From Candidatus Oxydemutatoraceae bacterium (GTDB taxonomy: Bacteria; Pseudomonadota; Gammaproteobacteria; Poriferisulfidales; Oxydemutatoraceae): DNA of 64,000 nt. Below are positions 10,858 to 24,699 of this stretch, in pieces. The position numbers were made by a program, and so were the translations under genes. The notes beneath the pieces are model-generated. The model ran no database searches. It was not told where the DNA came from and worked only from the letters and a program-made list of their open reading frames with translations. The stretch lies in contig CBDCOZ010000003.1 of NCBI GenBank assembly GCA_965220085.1, positions 1,280,001 to 1,344,000 of the forward strand, in the 5' to 3' direction. Each line of letters opens with the position of its first letter. Position 1 is the first letter of the stretch.

Positions 10858-11696
10858 TGCGCGCCTCCTCCGACGGCTCGCGCGCCGCCCGCCGCATCCA
10901 TGGCGCGGCGCAAGCCGCCGATAAAATCGCTCACGGCGTCCTTGCACGCCGCGATATCATCCGCGTGTTGCTCGATGATTTGTACCAAAGCGCTGCCGAC
11001 AATAACCGCATCCGCAATGTCGGCAACCGCAGCCGCCGTGGCGGCATCGCGGATACCAAAACCGACGCCGACCGGCAGCGTCGTTTTGCGTTTAATCGTC
11101 GCAACATGTGCGGCCATTTCGTCGAGATTCAGGCGCGCAGAACCGGTCACCCCCTTTAACGAGATGCAATAGACAAAGCCTTGGGCGAGAGCGGCAATCG
11201 CTTCCATACGCTCGCTGACAGTCGTCAAAGAAAGCAGAAAAATCATAGTGATACCGTGTTTTCTTAATTCGTCCATTAGGTCCCGGGCCTCTTCGGGCGG
11301 CAGGTCGACGACGAGCACGCCGTCGACGCCGGCCTGCGCCGCCGCCTCGGCAAACGCGCCCCCGCCCATGCGTTCGATCGGATTCAAATACGTCATCAGG
11401 ACGATCGGCACATCGTCGTCGTCGCGTCTGAAGGTCGCCGCCGCCGTCAGCACATCGCGCAAATTCGTATGCCGCGCCAGCGCGTGTTCGCCGGCCTGCT
11501 GTATCGCAGGCCCGTCCGCCATCGGGTCGGAAAACGGCGCCCCGAGTTCGATCAAATCGGCGCCCGCTGCTTTCAAGGCGCGCATCAGATCCACCGTCGC
11601 CTCCAGCGACGGAGCGCCCGCCATCAGATAGGGAATCAGCGCGCTGCGCCCGGCGGCGGCGGTCTTCTCAAAACATTTTGTAATCCGCATCGTCAC
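10854..11696 (-). CDS. trpA: Tryptophan synthase alpha chain
   Basis: [27 protein letters not shown]. Confidence 0.97.
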   Translation of the reverse strand: MTMRITKCFEKTAAAGRSALIPYLMAGAPSLEATVDLMRALKAAGADLIELGAPFSDPMADGPAIQQAGEHALARHTNLRDVLTAAATFRRDDDDVPIVLMTYLNPIERMGGGAFAEAAAQAGVDGVLVVDLPPEEARDLMDELRKHGITMIFLLSLTTVSERMEAIAALAQGFVYCISLKGVTGSARLNLDEMAAHVATIKRKTTLPVGVGFGIRDAATAAAVADIADAVIVGSALVQIIEQHADDIAACKDAVSDFIGGLRRAMDAAGGARAVGGGAQ

Positions 11697-12889
11697 AGCG
11701 CCGCCTCGGCATATTCGGCGACCACATGGACATCTTTATCGCCGCGTCCGGAGAGATTGACAATCACCCCGTCGGCGGGTGTCATCGTCGTCGCCAATTC
11801 GGCGGCGTAAGCCAGAGCGTGACTGGTCTCAAGCGCCGGGATGATGCCTTCGCAGGCTGTCAATTCCTTGAACGCCCGCAGCGCTTGCGCATCGTCGACG
11901 CTGACATACTCGGCGCGCCCGCTGTCCTTCAGCCACGCGTGTTCCGGCCCGACCCCGGGATAATCGAGCCCGGCCGAAATAGAATGCGTCGGCTGTATCT
12001 GCCCGTGTTCGTCCTGCACCAAATACGTACGGTTGCCGTGCAACACGCCGGGGTAACCCCTTGCCAGCGGCGCCGAATGCTTGCCGCTGTCAAGCCCTTT
12101 GCCGGCCGCTTCCACACCGCAGAGCCGCACCTCTTTGTCATCCAGAAAAGGATAGAACAAACCGATCGCATTGGAACCGCCGCCGACGCAAGCGACCAGA
12201 GCTTGCGGCAACGCGCCGCGCATTTCCATAATCTGTTCGCGCGCCTCGCGCCCGATGACAGACTGATAATCCCGCACCATCTCCGGATACGGGTGCGGCC
12301 CGGCAACGGTGCCGAGAATGTAAAAAGTGTCATCGACATGGGCGACCCAATCGCGCATCGCTTCGTTGAGGGCGTCCTTCAAAGTGCGCGAGCCGCTTGT
12401 AACCTCCGCGACTTCGGCGCCGAGCAGATGCATCTTATAGACATTGAGAGCCTGACGCTTGGCATCTTCGCTGCCCATATAGATGACGCATTCAAGCCCG
12501 AGCCTGGCGGCGACCGTTGCGGTGGCGACCCCGTGTTGCCCCGCCCCGGTCTCCGCAATGATCCGCGTTTTGCCCATGCGCTTGGCCAGCAAACTCTGCC
12601 CCAGCGCGCTGTTGATCTTGTGCGCGCCAGTGTGATTCAAATCCTCGCGCTTGAGATACAACTGCGCCCCGCCGTGTTCTTCGCTCCAGCGGCGGGCGTG
12701 GTACAAGGGGCTCGGGCGCCCGACATAGTGGCGCAACTCGCGCTCAAACTCGGCGACAAACTCGGCATCGGCGCGGTACGCACGATACGCTTGGTCCAAC
12801 TCATCCAGCGGTTGCATCAATGTCTCGGCGACAAACCTGCCGCCGTATTTGCCAAAATGGCCGCGGCTGTCCGGCAAAGCGTGTGTCAT
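11693..12889 (-). CDS. trpB: Tryptophan synthase beta chain
   Basis: [42 protein letters not shown]. Confidence 0.98.
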   Translation of the reverse strand: MTHALPDSRGHFGKYGGRFVAETLMQPLDELDQAYRAYRADAEFVAEFERELRHYVGRPSPLYHARRWSEEHGGAQLYLKREDLNHTGAHKINSALGQSLLAKRMGKTRIIAETGAGQHGVATATVAARLGLECVIYMGSEDAKRQALNVYKMHLLGAEVAEVTSGSRTLKDALNEAMRDWVAHVDDTFYILGTVAGPHPYPEMVRDYQSVIGREAREQIMEMRGALPQALVACVGGGSNAIGLFYPFLDDKEVRLCGVEAAGKGLDSGKHSAPLARGYPGVLHGNRTYLVQDEHGQIQPTHSISAGLDYPGVGPEHAWLKDSGRAEYVSVDDAQALRAFKELTACEGIIPALETSHALAYAAELATTMTPADGVIVNLSGRGDKDVHVVAEYAEAAL

Positions 12890-13538
12890 CTGTTCTCCAC
12901 CTCCGCGATGATGCCATCGGCGGTCTGCACCGCCGCCATAAAGTCGTCCATCAGACGCCGGTCTTTGATACCCTTTGCCGACTCCACGCCGCTGCTGACA
13001 TCCACCGCATACGGTCTGAGTTGCTCGATCGCAACGCCGACATTATCCGCCTGCAAGCCGCCGGCGACGATTATCGGCGCCCGCGTATCCTGCGGCAGTT
13101 GCGCCCAATCAAAGGTCTCGCCGCTGCCGCCCATTGTCTGCGGGTCGTACGAATCAAACAGCAACGCGTTTGCGGAATCGCCGAACATGTCAATCAGGCC
13201 CGCCGTATCTGCGGTCGCATCGCCCATCGGGATCGCTTTGATATACGCGCGGTCAAACGAAGCGCAAAACGGCAGCGATTCCTCGCCATGAAACTGAAGG
13301 TAATCAATCGTGAGTTCATCGAGCACATCTTCTACTTCGTCCGCCGACGGGTTGCGGAACAACGCGACGATGCTGACCAGCGGCGAGCACGCGTCTATCA
13401 ATTCCTGCGCTTGCGGCAACGCAACAGTGCGCGGGCTGCTCGGGCAAAACACCAAACCGATCGCATCGACCCCCGCTTCGCATGCCAGCGCCACATCGGT
13501 CGGCCGCGTCATGCCGCAGACTTTGACCCGCGTACGCA

Positions 13539-13539
<1 letters not shown>
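12886..13539 (-). CDS. trpF: Phosphoribosylanthranilate isomerase
   Basis: [35 protein letters not shown]. Confidence 0.96.
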
Positions 13540-16142
<2,603 letters not shown>

Positions 16143-16341
16143 ACCGGGTAAATGTCTAATCGATAAAAGGCCATTTTAACAAACTTATGACCTCGTACTA
16201 ACTATTAACTTTCTTTGCGGCGACTATCACCCTCCCCTCGGCAAGGGGTCAAGCGGGCTTTGCTCTGCCGGTAAGGGGGAATATTCCGTATGTATAATGC
16301 AGGTATGGCAGGCGACGCAAGCCCCTTTGCCGGTAAGGGAG

Positions 16342-16369
16342 TTGTAATAAAATCTTCCGTATGTATAAT
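16342..16369 (+). promoter_or_regulatory. Sigma70-like promoter repeated before all four Cys-rich genes (also 17410-17437, 21724-21751, 24592-24619)
   Basis: TTG(T/C)AA-N16-TATAAT in a conserved context before each gene. Confidence 0.6.
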
Positions 16370-16405
16370 ATGGGCTTCTGCAAAATTTTAATAGAGGTTT
16401 GCGAT

Positions 16406-17179
16406 ATGATTTATAACATGACTCCTAACTCTTTCGTTTGTGTGCGCACGATTCAAACTTTCTGCGGAAAGTTAAAGACCTTCGCCGCGTCTTTTAACGC
16501 CACACAACGCCGCGCAGGTGCCTTAACGCAAGTTTCTAATACCCCCCCCCCCCCCCCCCCCCCCCCCTATCCCACTCTCTCTTTAATATTTAGCAAGGTT
16601 TTCGCGGCGATGATTGTCGCTGCATCCGTTTGCTTTGCGAACAACGCACAGGCACAATCCTGTGCGGCGGACGAATTCCGTGACGGAAACGAGTGCGTGA
16701 AAACTTGTCCGACGGGAAAAGTGACGTCGGAGCGCAGATGCGTGACGCCGAAAGAAAAATGCACGGAGATGGGTTGGGAAGCCGTTGATTTCAACAACAG
16801 TTGCGTGGTGGGTGTTTGGAACGTCGAAGGCCGCGACACCGATGCCGGATGCGCCTATGTCTCTGGCGGCCAATGCTACGATGCCTTCGGCCCCAACTTG
16901 GAGTTTCCGCAAAGGCCGGCAGACGGAAGCTCCCCGCGTTATCTTTACAACTGTGACCCGGACGGAACGCGCGGTTTGATTCCGGCAACCATCAACACTA
17001 TCGGCTTAACCGAGAGTCGGGAATGCGAATGCGCGCTTTCATCACATACCCGACAAGGTGCTTTTAGCATTGCTGATGATGTCACCGTTGACGGATACTC
17101 TCCCCTCGTCGGCGGCCAATGCGTCTTTCTGGGATTACGGATGCGCCTGCGTCTCTTCCTGGAAGGGCCGTTGCGGTAG
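16406..17179 (+). CDS. Secreted Cys-rich protein 1 with poly-Pro leader and LRLRLFLEGPLR tail (in frame)
   Basis: GAGG ribosome-binding site before ATG 16406; frame reads through C26 (16542-16567) into the signal peptide ending ANNAQA; furin/EGF-like Cys spacing. Confidence 0.85.
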   Translation: MIYNMTPNSFVCVRTIQTFCGKLKTFAASFNATQRRAGALTQVSNTPPPPPPPPYPTLSLIFSKVFAAMIVAASVCFANNAQAQSCAADEFRDGNECVKTCPTGKVTSERRCVTPKEKCTEMGWEAVDFNNSCVVGVWNVEGRDTDAGCAYVSGGQCYDAFGPNLEFPQRPADGSSPRYLYNCDPDGTRGLIPATINTIGLTESRECECALSSHTRQGAFSIADDVTVDGYSPLVGGQCVFLGLRMRLRLFLEGPLR

Positions 17180-17576
17180 CCATCAGCCCATGCCCGAATA
17201 CTCTCTGCTCGCACGGTCTGTTTGCAAGTAAGCGGCGACCTCGCCGCACACGAACTGCGCTGGGACGCGCCGGTCACATCGCACCGGTGCCTGATACTCC
17301 TCCCCTTTGCAGGGGGTCGGCGAGCTTTGCGACGTCGGCGAGGGAGAGCAAAATCTTCCGTATATATAGTGTAGGTATGGCAGGCGACGCAAGCCCCGCC
17401 GGCAAGGGGTTGCAATAAAATCTTCCGTATGTATAATGTCGGTCTCATGCGAGACATTCTGCATATATGATGTAGGCTCTGACATATTTTATATGTATAA
17501 TGTGCTCCCATGCGGGACTTTAAATGTACACAAATAACACTCCGTTATTTGTGGATTGTTAATGGAGGTCTGTGAT

Positions 17577-19860
17577 ATGATTTGCAACATGACTCGGAAT
17601 TCTTTTATTTGCGCGGGCGCGATTCAAACCTTCTGCGGAGGGTTGAAACCCCTCGTCGCATCTTTTAACGCCGCACAGTGCCATACAGGCGCCTTAACAC
17701 CCGTTTATATTACCCCCTCCCCCCCCCCCCCCCCCCCCCCCCCCTGTCCACTCTCTCTCAATGTTTAACAAGGTTTTTGCGGCGATGGCGGTTGCCGCAG
17801 CCGCTCTCTTTGCGGATGTCGCCAGCGCACAGACCGCACCTTCCCACGCCCCTGTCATCACCCGACCCGTCATCGCCGACTTTACCGCCGAAACCTTCAC
17901 CTTCTTCTGGGGACCCCCGGCACAAAATACCGGCGCCCCCATCACCGGATACCGCATCTTCCGCGAGCAAACCGCCGGAAAACAGCCCACCGCGCACCCT
18001 ACCGTCTGCGACTCCGCTAACTTCTCTGTCTCCTTGGAAAATCACGCCTTCACCCTCTCCGATCAAAGCGAGTGGTTCCGGCACACCGCCCACCCCCTCG
18101 GAAACCCTCCGACCGTCGCCGTCGGTTCCACACACGGAAATTGTTACCGATGGAAAATTGCCGCCGTCAACGAACACGGAACCGGACCCGCCGCAACCAC
18201 CGCGCCCATTCTTGCGCGCGGATTCGTAGTGACAGTGGACGGGAAAAAAATCGTGCGCGCCTACGACACCACCAGAACCGCAGGCAACGCGAGAGTGCCG
18301 TGCGCCGACGGAGAATACGGTGTCTACGGCTACAAGGGCAACTGGGGCGTCGGGTGCGCCCCTCCGGAAAAATTGGGACAAGCGGAGACCTGCCATGCGC
18401 TGCGAGACCGCAACCCTTCCCTCGCCTCCGCCCATCGCGGGACTTTCTGCGGCATAGAAGACCTCCCCGCCAGCAGCACGATATGCTCAGACTTGGAATT
18501 TACCGACTTGGGAGAGGTGCCTTTTTGGAAGATGGGCGTGTTGGGAACTTTGGAACGCTGCCAGATTGACAACCCCTGCGGCGGAACCTTTTCCGAATAC
18601 AACACAGACTACCGCGAATGCCTCTGCACAGGATGGGCGACGCCCAAAGCCTCTGGCAGCGGATGCGAATGCAACACCGCCGGCGCGGACAGCAACTGCG
18701 AATGTCCCGGCATCGTTGGAAGGATATACTTGGCCGAAAGCAACGCTTGCGGATGTGCGACCGGAGAGGAAGTCGTTTCCGAACTCGGCGCTTGCTACGC
18801 CGTTTGCGAGGAAGGGGAAACGCGATTCACGAATACGGATCTTGGCACCACCGCCTGCATGACCCCCGACTCTATTTGCGCCACGCAGGGCTGGGCTTAC
18901 GACTCCGCAACCGGCAAATGCCAAGTCCCTGTCACTTCCGCCGGAACCGACTATGACGGATGTTTTGTTTCCGGCGCAAGCGCTCCTCAGTGCGACGATG
19001 TCTTCGGCGAATCCTTTGCCTTCCCCGCGTCTTCCACAGTGGTGTGGACCCTTTACAACGCCTTTGACTCCCGAGCCTCCAACACCAATCCTGCCGTCGC
19101 CACCGCCATGGGCCTTTACCGCGACGCCGTCGTCGCGCGGCACAACGGCGACCCGGACTATCTCTCCGGCCCCATCGGCAATCTCGGCGACCACGGCTCG
19201 GTCACAAACCGATTCATCGCCCAACACACGCAAGACGCTTTCGCCGCCGCCGGCATCACTTTTGACGAGGGTGCTAATAACCTTGCGAATGAAATCAGAG
19301 CCGCCTTTTCACAAATCCCCATCCCCACTCCTTTCGTTTTCAACTGCGGCGAAGGCGCAACCCCCGCAACCGCAAACACCATCGGCGCCACCCAATGCCA
19401 ATGCGGCGGCGCGAAGCCGGTACTTTCCGGCGGCGTTTGTGTTGCGCAATGTCCGCAGGGGGAGCTGGCGGACGCGGGCGTTTGCCGAACCTCCTGCTCG
19501 ACGGGGAGTTTTCCGCTGGACGGGGCCTGCGTTTCGCCGGCGGAAAAATGCGAAGGAAGAGGATGGAGCGCAAGCACGGAAAGCGGAGTATACGGGTGTG
19601 CGATCAACTTTCGCGATGCGGCGGATGCGGCGGGCGCGCAAGGCAGTCATTGCGGCTTTGCGCTCTGCGATGATTATTTTGGTCCTGATTTGGAGTTTCC
19701 GCAACGGCCGGCGGACGGCAGCAATCCGGTTTATATTTACAACTGCGATCCGGACGGAACCACCGGGCTGGTTCCCGTCTTCGCCGACGGTTCCACGGAA
19801 TGCAGGCGCCGAAGCCTGCTCCTGCGCTTGCGCCTCTTCCTGGAAGGCCCGTTGCGGTAG
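17577..19860 (+). CDS. Secreted FN3-like plus Cys-rich protein 2 with LRLRLFLEGPLR tail; leader out of frame at the poly-C tract
   Basis: GGAGGT plus ATG 17577 leader; C26 at 17719-17744; body ORF 17761-19860 (699 aa) with FN3-like W.PP...ITGYRI...YRWKIAAVN. Confidence 0.85.
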
Positions 19861-20099
19861 CATCAACCCGCGCGGCGAATGCTCTCGCGCAATCTGTTTG
19901 CAAGCGAGCGGCGAGATCGCCGTACGCGAACTGCGCTGGGACGCGCCGGCCGCATCGCACCGGAGCCCGTTGCGGTAGCCGCCAACCCATGCCCGAATAC
20001 TCTCGCACAGCCTATATACTCCTCCCCTTTGCAGGGGGTCGGCGAGCTTTGCGACGTCGGCGAGGAGGAGCGAATCATGCCGGAAACATTCCGGCATAG

Positions 20100-20334
20100 C
20101 AATGGAGCCGGGACGACAAGGACATGCTCGCTCCCATCGCAATGCCGGACACTCATTCCGTGATTTCGCGCCCCGACAGGAGCATGCGAGCAACGCCTTG
20201 CAGATCTGCGCATGCTTCGCCGATGGCCATGGCAACGCAGAGCGCAGTTGCGCCGCTATGCCGGTTGTCAGGCCCGCCGTGCGGGGTACCTGCGCTTGCA
20301 GCTGCGCCTCTTCCTTGAATGGCCGTTGCGATAG
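20100..20334 (+). pseudogene. Degenerate Cys-rich gene end with mutated tail LRLQLRLFLEWPLR*
   Basis: Tail at 20290-20334; upstream Cys-containing remnant lies in a different frame. Confidence 0.6.
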
Positions 20335-20386
20335 TGCGAACAATCCCCTCGCGGCAGAGTCGGCGCAAACAAGATACGGCACAGGC

Positions 20387-20857
20387 CTAAACGGAGAGCG
20401 CAACAAATATAGCTAGCGTCGTAACAATAAGAGCCGCTAACCCAAGGGAGACCATCACGAACAGATTTGTGATTTTGGCTATTTGCTCATCTATGTGTTT
20501 TTGGGTTTTTGCCCCGGACTCGGCTATCATCACTTTCAACTCAGCTACTGCTACTTGCAACTTAGTTACTACTGCTTTCATCTCATCTGTGTCTTTTTGG
20601 GCTTCCGACCTATGCTTGGCAAATTCCGCTCTGATCACTGACTCAAACTCGGCAATTTTTTCTCTAATCTCTGATTCAAACTCGGCAAATTCGCCTTTCG
20701 TTGCCAGAGCGCTCAGGTATTTGTGCAACAGCGCGGATAGCTCGCTGGCAATCGCGCGCGCTTTCTCTTTGTCAAAGCCTGCGTCGGTCAAGTTCTCGAC
20801 GGAGCCATAAGCAGCAACCGCTGCATCTTCCGCTTTTAAGTCTTTTGGTTTCTTCAT
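20387..20857 (-). CDS. DUF1640/CCDC90-like coiled-coil protein with C-terminal transmembrane anchor, copy 1
   Basis: ENLTDAGFDKEKARAI..LATKGE head, coiled-coil stalk, hydrophobic C-terminus. Confidence 0.8.
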   Translation of the reverse strand: MKKPKDLKAEDAAVAAYGSVENLTDAGFDKEKARAIASELSALLHKYLSALATKGEFAEFESEIREKIAEFESVIRAEFAKHRSEAQKDTDEMKAVVTKLQVAVAELKVMIAESGAKTQKHIDEQIAKITNLFVMVSLGLAALIVTTLAIFVALSV

Positions 20858-21177
20858 GATTATTCCCTCCGGGTTGTAATAATAATACTAATTAAGAGGT
20901 TATGGTCAACAACCTTCGTGCCGGATAATAGCGCTCATTTGGGCGGCCATGCTCAACTCATAGACAGGCGGTTTCAATTGTCTGACGAACGGTCTGTTAC
21001 ATCGATTCCCGGCGTGATTTTTCCGCACAAAGAAGCGTTCAAAAAACGTTTTGTGCGAGCGCTGTCATGATGCTCCCATCGCAGGAGTCGCAGAGTCCGA
21101 GCACAAACGAAGGACGATGCGGTGTTCGTGCTTGCACTCACTACCGCAAAACTTTCTGCCGTACTCGTGAGGCGCGC

Positions 21178-21365
21178 ATGATGCCGGAAACATTTTAGAT
21201 TGCCGGCATCAACACAAGTTGTCATGAATGATGCCGGAAACATTTTAGATTGCCGACATCAACACAAGTCGTCATGAATGATGCCGGAAACATTTTGGAT
21301 TGCCGACATCAGCACAAGCCGTCATGAATGATGCCGGAAAGATTTTGGATTGCTGACATCAACAC
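21178..21365. repeat. Tandem array of 4 x 50-bp palindromic units (REP-like)
   Basis: ATGATGCCGGAAACATTTT(A/G)GATTGCCG(G/A)CATCAACAC starting at 21178, 21228, 21278, 21328. Confidence 0.9.
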
Positions 21366-21384
21366 GGGTTGCTACAATATCACA

Positions 21385-21718
21385 TCGGCCACGGCGCACC
21401 GACAACGGCTCAGAGCTCTGCGACACATTTGATCGCTACTCGCAACGAGGTATCCGCCGCTGCTACACGTATCCCAATGTCCGAAGATGAATACATTCAA
21501 TGAACACTTTCACCGGCGCTTCGGGAAAGGTTTGCGGGGTTTGAAGAGGGTTTGTTGCCGACCGACATGCGGACATTCAATGAGCGTCGGATAAAGTATC
21601 TGCTATGGTTTAATATACCTAACGGTCACACTATGGACTGGAACTTCAAGCGCCTACGACACCCATAATATTTGCCCAAAGTTTCCAATATGTCATGGCA
21701 TCATACTGGCATCATACA
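21385..21718 (+). mobile_element. Degraded IS481-like (rve core) transposase 3' remnant
   Basis: Frameshifted TDNGSE..FDRY..GI..YTYP/CPKMN.FNE.F.R, then YLLWFN..HYGL; ends CATACA, consistent with a TGT-type terminus. Confidence 0.65.
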
Positions 21719-21890
21719 GGGGGTTGTAATAAAATTTTCCGTATGTATAATGTCGGTCTCATGCGAGGCATTCTGCGTATATAATGTAGGCTCTGACATA
21801 TTTTATATGTATAATGTGCTCCCATGCGGGACTTTAAATGTACACAAATAACACTCCGTTATTTGTGGATTGTTAATAGAGGTTTGTGAT

Positions 21891-23709
21891 ATGATTTATA
21901 ACATGACTCCTAATTCTTTCGTTTGCGTACGCACGATTCAAACCTTCTGTGCAAGGTTCAAAACCTGCGCTGCGTTCTTTAAGGCCGCACAATACCGCGC
22001 AGGCGCATTGATGCTTGTTTATAATACCCCCCCCCCCCCCCATGTCCCCTCGCCTCTCAATGTTTAACAAGGTTTTCGCGGCGATGGCACTCGCTTGCGC
22101 TCTCTTTACAAACAACGCACAAGCGCAAACTTGTGCGGCGGACGAATTCAGCAACGGGAACGACTGTGTGAAGACCTGCCCGGCAGGGAAAGTGACCCTG
22201 GATCGCAAATGCGTGACACCAGCGGAGAAATGCACGGAAAGGGGATGGAGCAAACCCGCCAACGGCAATGTCTGCCATTTTGGAAACAGCGGGCCCATGG
22301 GCGGCTTCTACGAACTTGCCGATATTGCAGGCATCGCGAACATAAACCGCGACGCCCTTTGCAACCTGGGGTCCGGCTCGAGTGAGTTTCCGGAATGCGC
22401 GACGGTTTTCGGCCCGAACTATGAATTCCCGCAAATCCCGGACCCGCATTCGCGGAGGACCTATATCTACAACTGCGACCCCTCCGGGACGCGCGGCCTG
22501 ATGCCGGCGACCTACAACGTCAACGGCGCGACGAACTGCACTTGCGCCGAGCCCTCCAAGGTTCGGCGCGGCGCCACTTCCCGCGTGATCAACGGCGCTA
22601 CGGTGATGCTTGGCGGACAATGCGAATGCCCGGAGGGGATGGTGGAGAATGACAACGGCATGTGCATCCCCCGCCCGGCAAACGCGCCCTCCCACGCCCC
22701 CTCCGTCACCCGACCCGTCGCCGCCGACTTTGTCGCCGAAACCTTCACTCTGTTCTGGCGGCCGCCGGCACAAAACACCGGCGCACCCATCACCGGATAC
22801 CGCATCTTCCGCGAGCAAAACGCCAAAACACAGCCCACGGCGCACCCCACCGTCTGCAACTCCGCCAACTTCTCCGTCTCCCTGGAAGATCACGCCTTTA
22901 CCCTCACCGACCCAAGCGAGTGGTTCCAGCACACCGTCCACCCGCTCGGAAATCCCCCGACCGCCGCCCCCGGTTCCACACACGGAAAGTGCTACCGATG
23001 GCAAATCGCCGCTGTCAACCAACACGGAACCGGACCCACCACCGCCACCGTCCCGATTCTTTCGCGCGGATTCGTCGTGACAGAGGACGGAGAACAAGTC
23101 GTGCGCGCCTACGATACCACGCGCACCGACAACTCCGAGGAGGGAGGCGGAGCAAGAGTGCCGTGTCCGACGGGAGAATACGGCGTCTACGGCTACAAGG
23201 GCGACTGGGGCGTTGGGTGCGCTCCGCCGCAAAGCTTGGGGCAGGCGGAAACCTGCCATGCGCTGCGAGACCGCAACCCTGCTCTCGCCTCCGCCCACCG
23301 CGAAACCTTCTGTGGCATAGAGGATATGCCCGCCAGCAGCACGATATGCGCGGACTTGGGATTCACCGACTTGGGGGAGGTGGAGTTTTACAAAAACAAC
23401 GAATTGGGGTCGCTGGAGCGTTGCGAGATTGCCGACCCGTGTAGCGGAACCTTTTCCGAATACAACGCAGACCACCGCGAATGCCTCTGCGCAGGATGGG
23501 CGACGCCCAAAGCCTCCGGCAACGGATGCGAATGTACCACCGCCGGCGCGGACGACAACTGCGAATGCCCGGGCCCCGTAGGAGCGACATACCTGGTCGC
23601 AAGCAACGCTTGCGGATGTCCGGAAGGACAGGAAATCGTTTCCGGCGCATGCGTTCCCCAAGGTCTGCGGTTGCGCTTGCGCCTCTTTTTGGAAGGGCCG
23701 TTGCGGTAG
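21891..23709 (+). CDS. Secreted Cys-rich plus FN3-like protein 3 with LRLRLFLEGPLR tail; leader out of frame at the poly-C tract
   Basis: GAGGT plus ATG 21891; C15 at 22027-22041; body from MFNKVFAAM (22060) to 23709. Confidence 0.85.
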
Positions 23710-23949
23710 CATCAACCCGCGCCCCGAATGCGTATGCAATCCGGGTTCGCACTTTAGCGACTGACCGAACTCGCTCCGGGCCCGCGGTTGCGGTTGCGCT
23801 TGCGCCTCTTTTTGGAAGGGCCGTTGCGGTAGCATCAACCCGCGCCCCGAATGCGTATGCAATCCGGGTTCGCACTTTAGCGACTGACCGAACTCGCTCC
23901 GGGCCCGCGGTTGCGGTTGCGCCTCTTCCTGGAAGGGCCGTTGCGGTAG
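23710..23949 (+). repeat. Two tandem orphan tail units (123 and 117 bp), each ending LRLRLFLEGPLR*
   Basis: Stops at 23707-09, 23830-32 and 23947-49; near-identical units. Confidence 0.9.
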
Positions 23950-23984
23950 CATCAATCTATGCCGAATGCTCTCGCGCAGTCTGT

Positions 23985-24480
23985 TACTCCTCTCCTTGCG
24001 AGGTCGGCGTGACAATTCCGTCAATCGTATCCGCCGACTTGTATGACTCCTCCCTTGCGAAGGTCGGCGTGACAATTCCGTCAATCGTATCCGCCGACTT
24101 GCATTGCTTCTCTCCTTGTGAAGGTCGGCGTGACAATTCTGTCAATCGTATCCGCCAACTTGCATTGCTTCTCTCTTTGCGAAGGTCGGCGTGATAATTC
24201 CGTCAACCGTATCCGCCAACTTGCATTGCTTCTCTCTTTGCGAAGGTCGGCGTGATAATTCCGTCAACCGTATCCGCCGACTCGCATGACTTCTCTCTTT
24301 GCGAAGGTCGGCGTGATAATTCCGTCAACCGTATCCGCCGACTCGCATGACTTCTCTCTTTGCGAAGGTCGGCGTGATAATTCCGTCAACCGTATCCGCC
24401 GACTCGCATGACTTCTCTCCTTGCGAAGGTCGGCGTGACAATTCCGTCAATCGTATCCACCGACTTGCATTGCTTTTCCC
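23985..24480. repeat. Tandem array of 8 x 60-61-bp hairpin-forming units
   Basis: AGGTCGGCG at 24001, 24061, 24122, 24183, 24244, 24305, 24366, 24427; inverted repeat GTCGGCG/CGCCGAC. Confidence 0.92.
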
Positions 24481-24699
24481 TTGGCAGGAGGTAGCGAGCT
24501 TTGCTACGTCGGCGAGAGGAACGGTAGCAAAATATTTTGTATGTATAATGTGGGTACGGCAGGCGGCGCAAGTCCTTTGCCGGCAAGGGAGTTGTAATAG
24601 AATCTTCCGCATGTATAATGTAGACCCCATGCGAGACATTTATATAGAGAAGGTCTATGGGGACATTTAATAGATTTGCGATATGAGGAAATTTGTGAT

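Noticed and set aside
16361-16405. ATG 16361 as the start of Cys-rich gene 1
   Set aside because: It overlaps the predicted -10 box; ATG 16406 has a ribosome-binding site and is conserved in all four paralogs.
21178-21365. CRISPR array
   Set aside because: 50-bp tandem units without spacers; the same unit is dispersed singly elsewhere.
23985-24480. CRISPR array
   Set aside because: Units are contiguous near-identical repeats with no unique spacers, and no cas genes are in the window.
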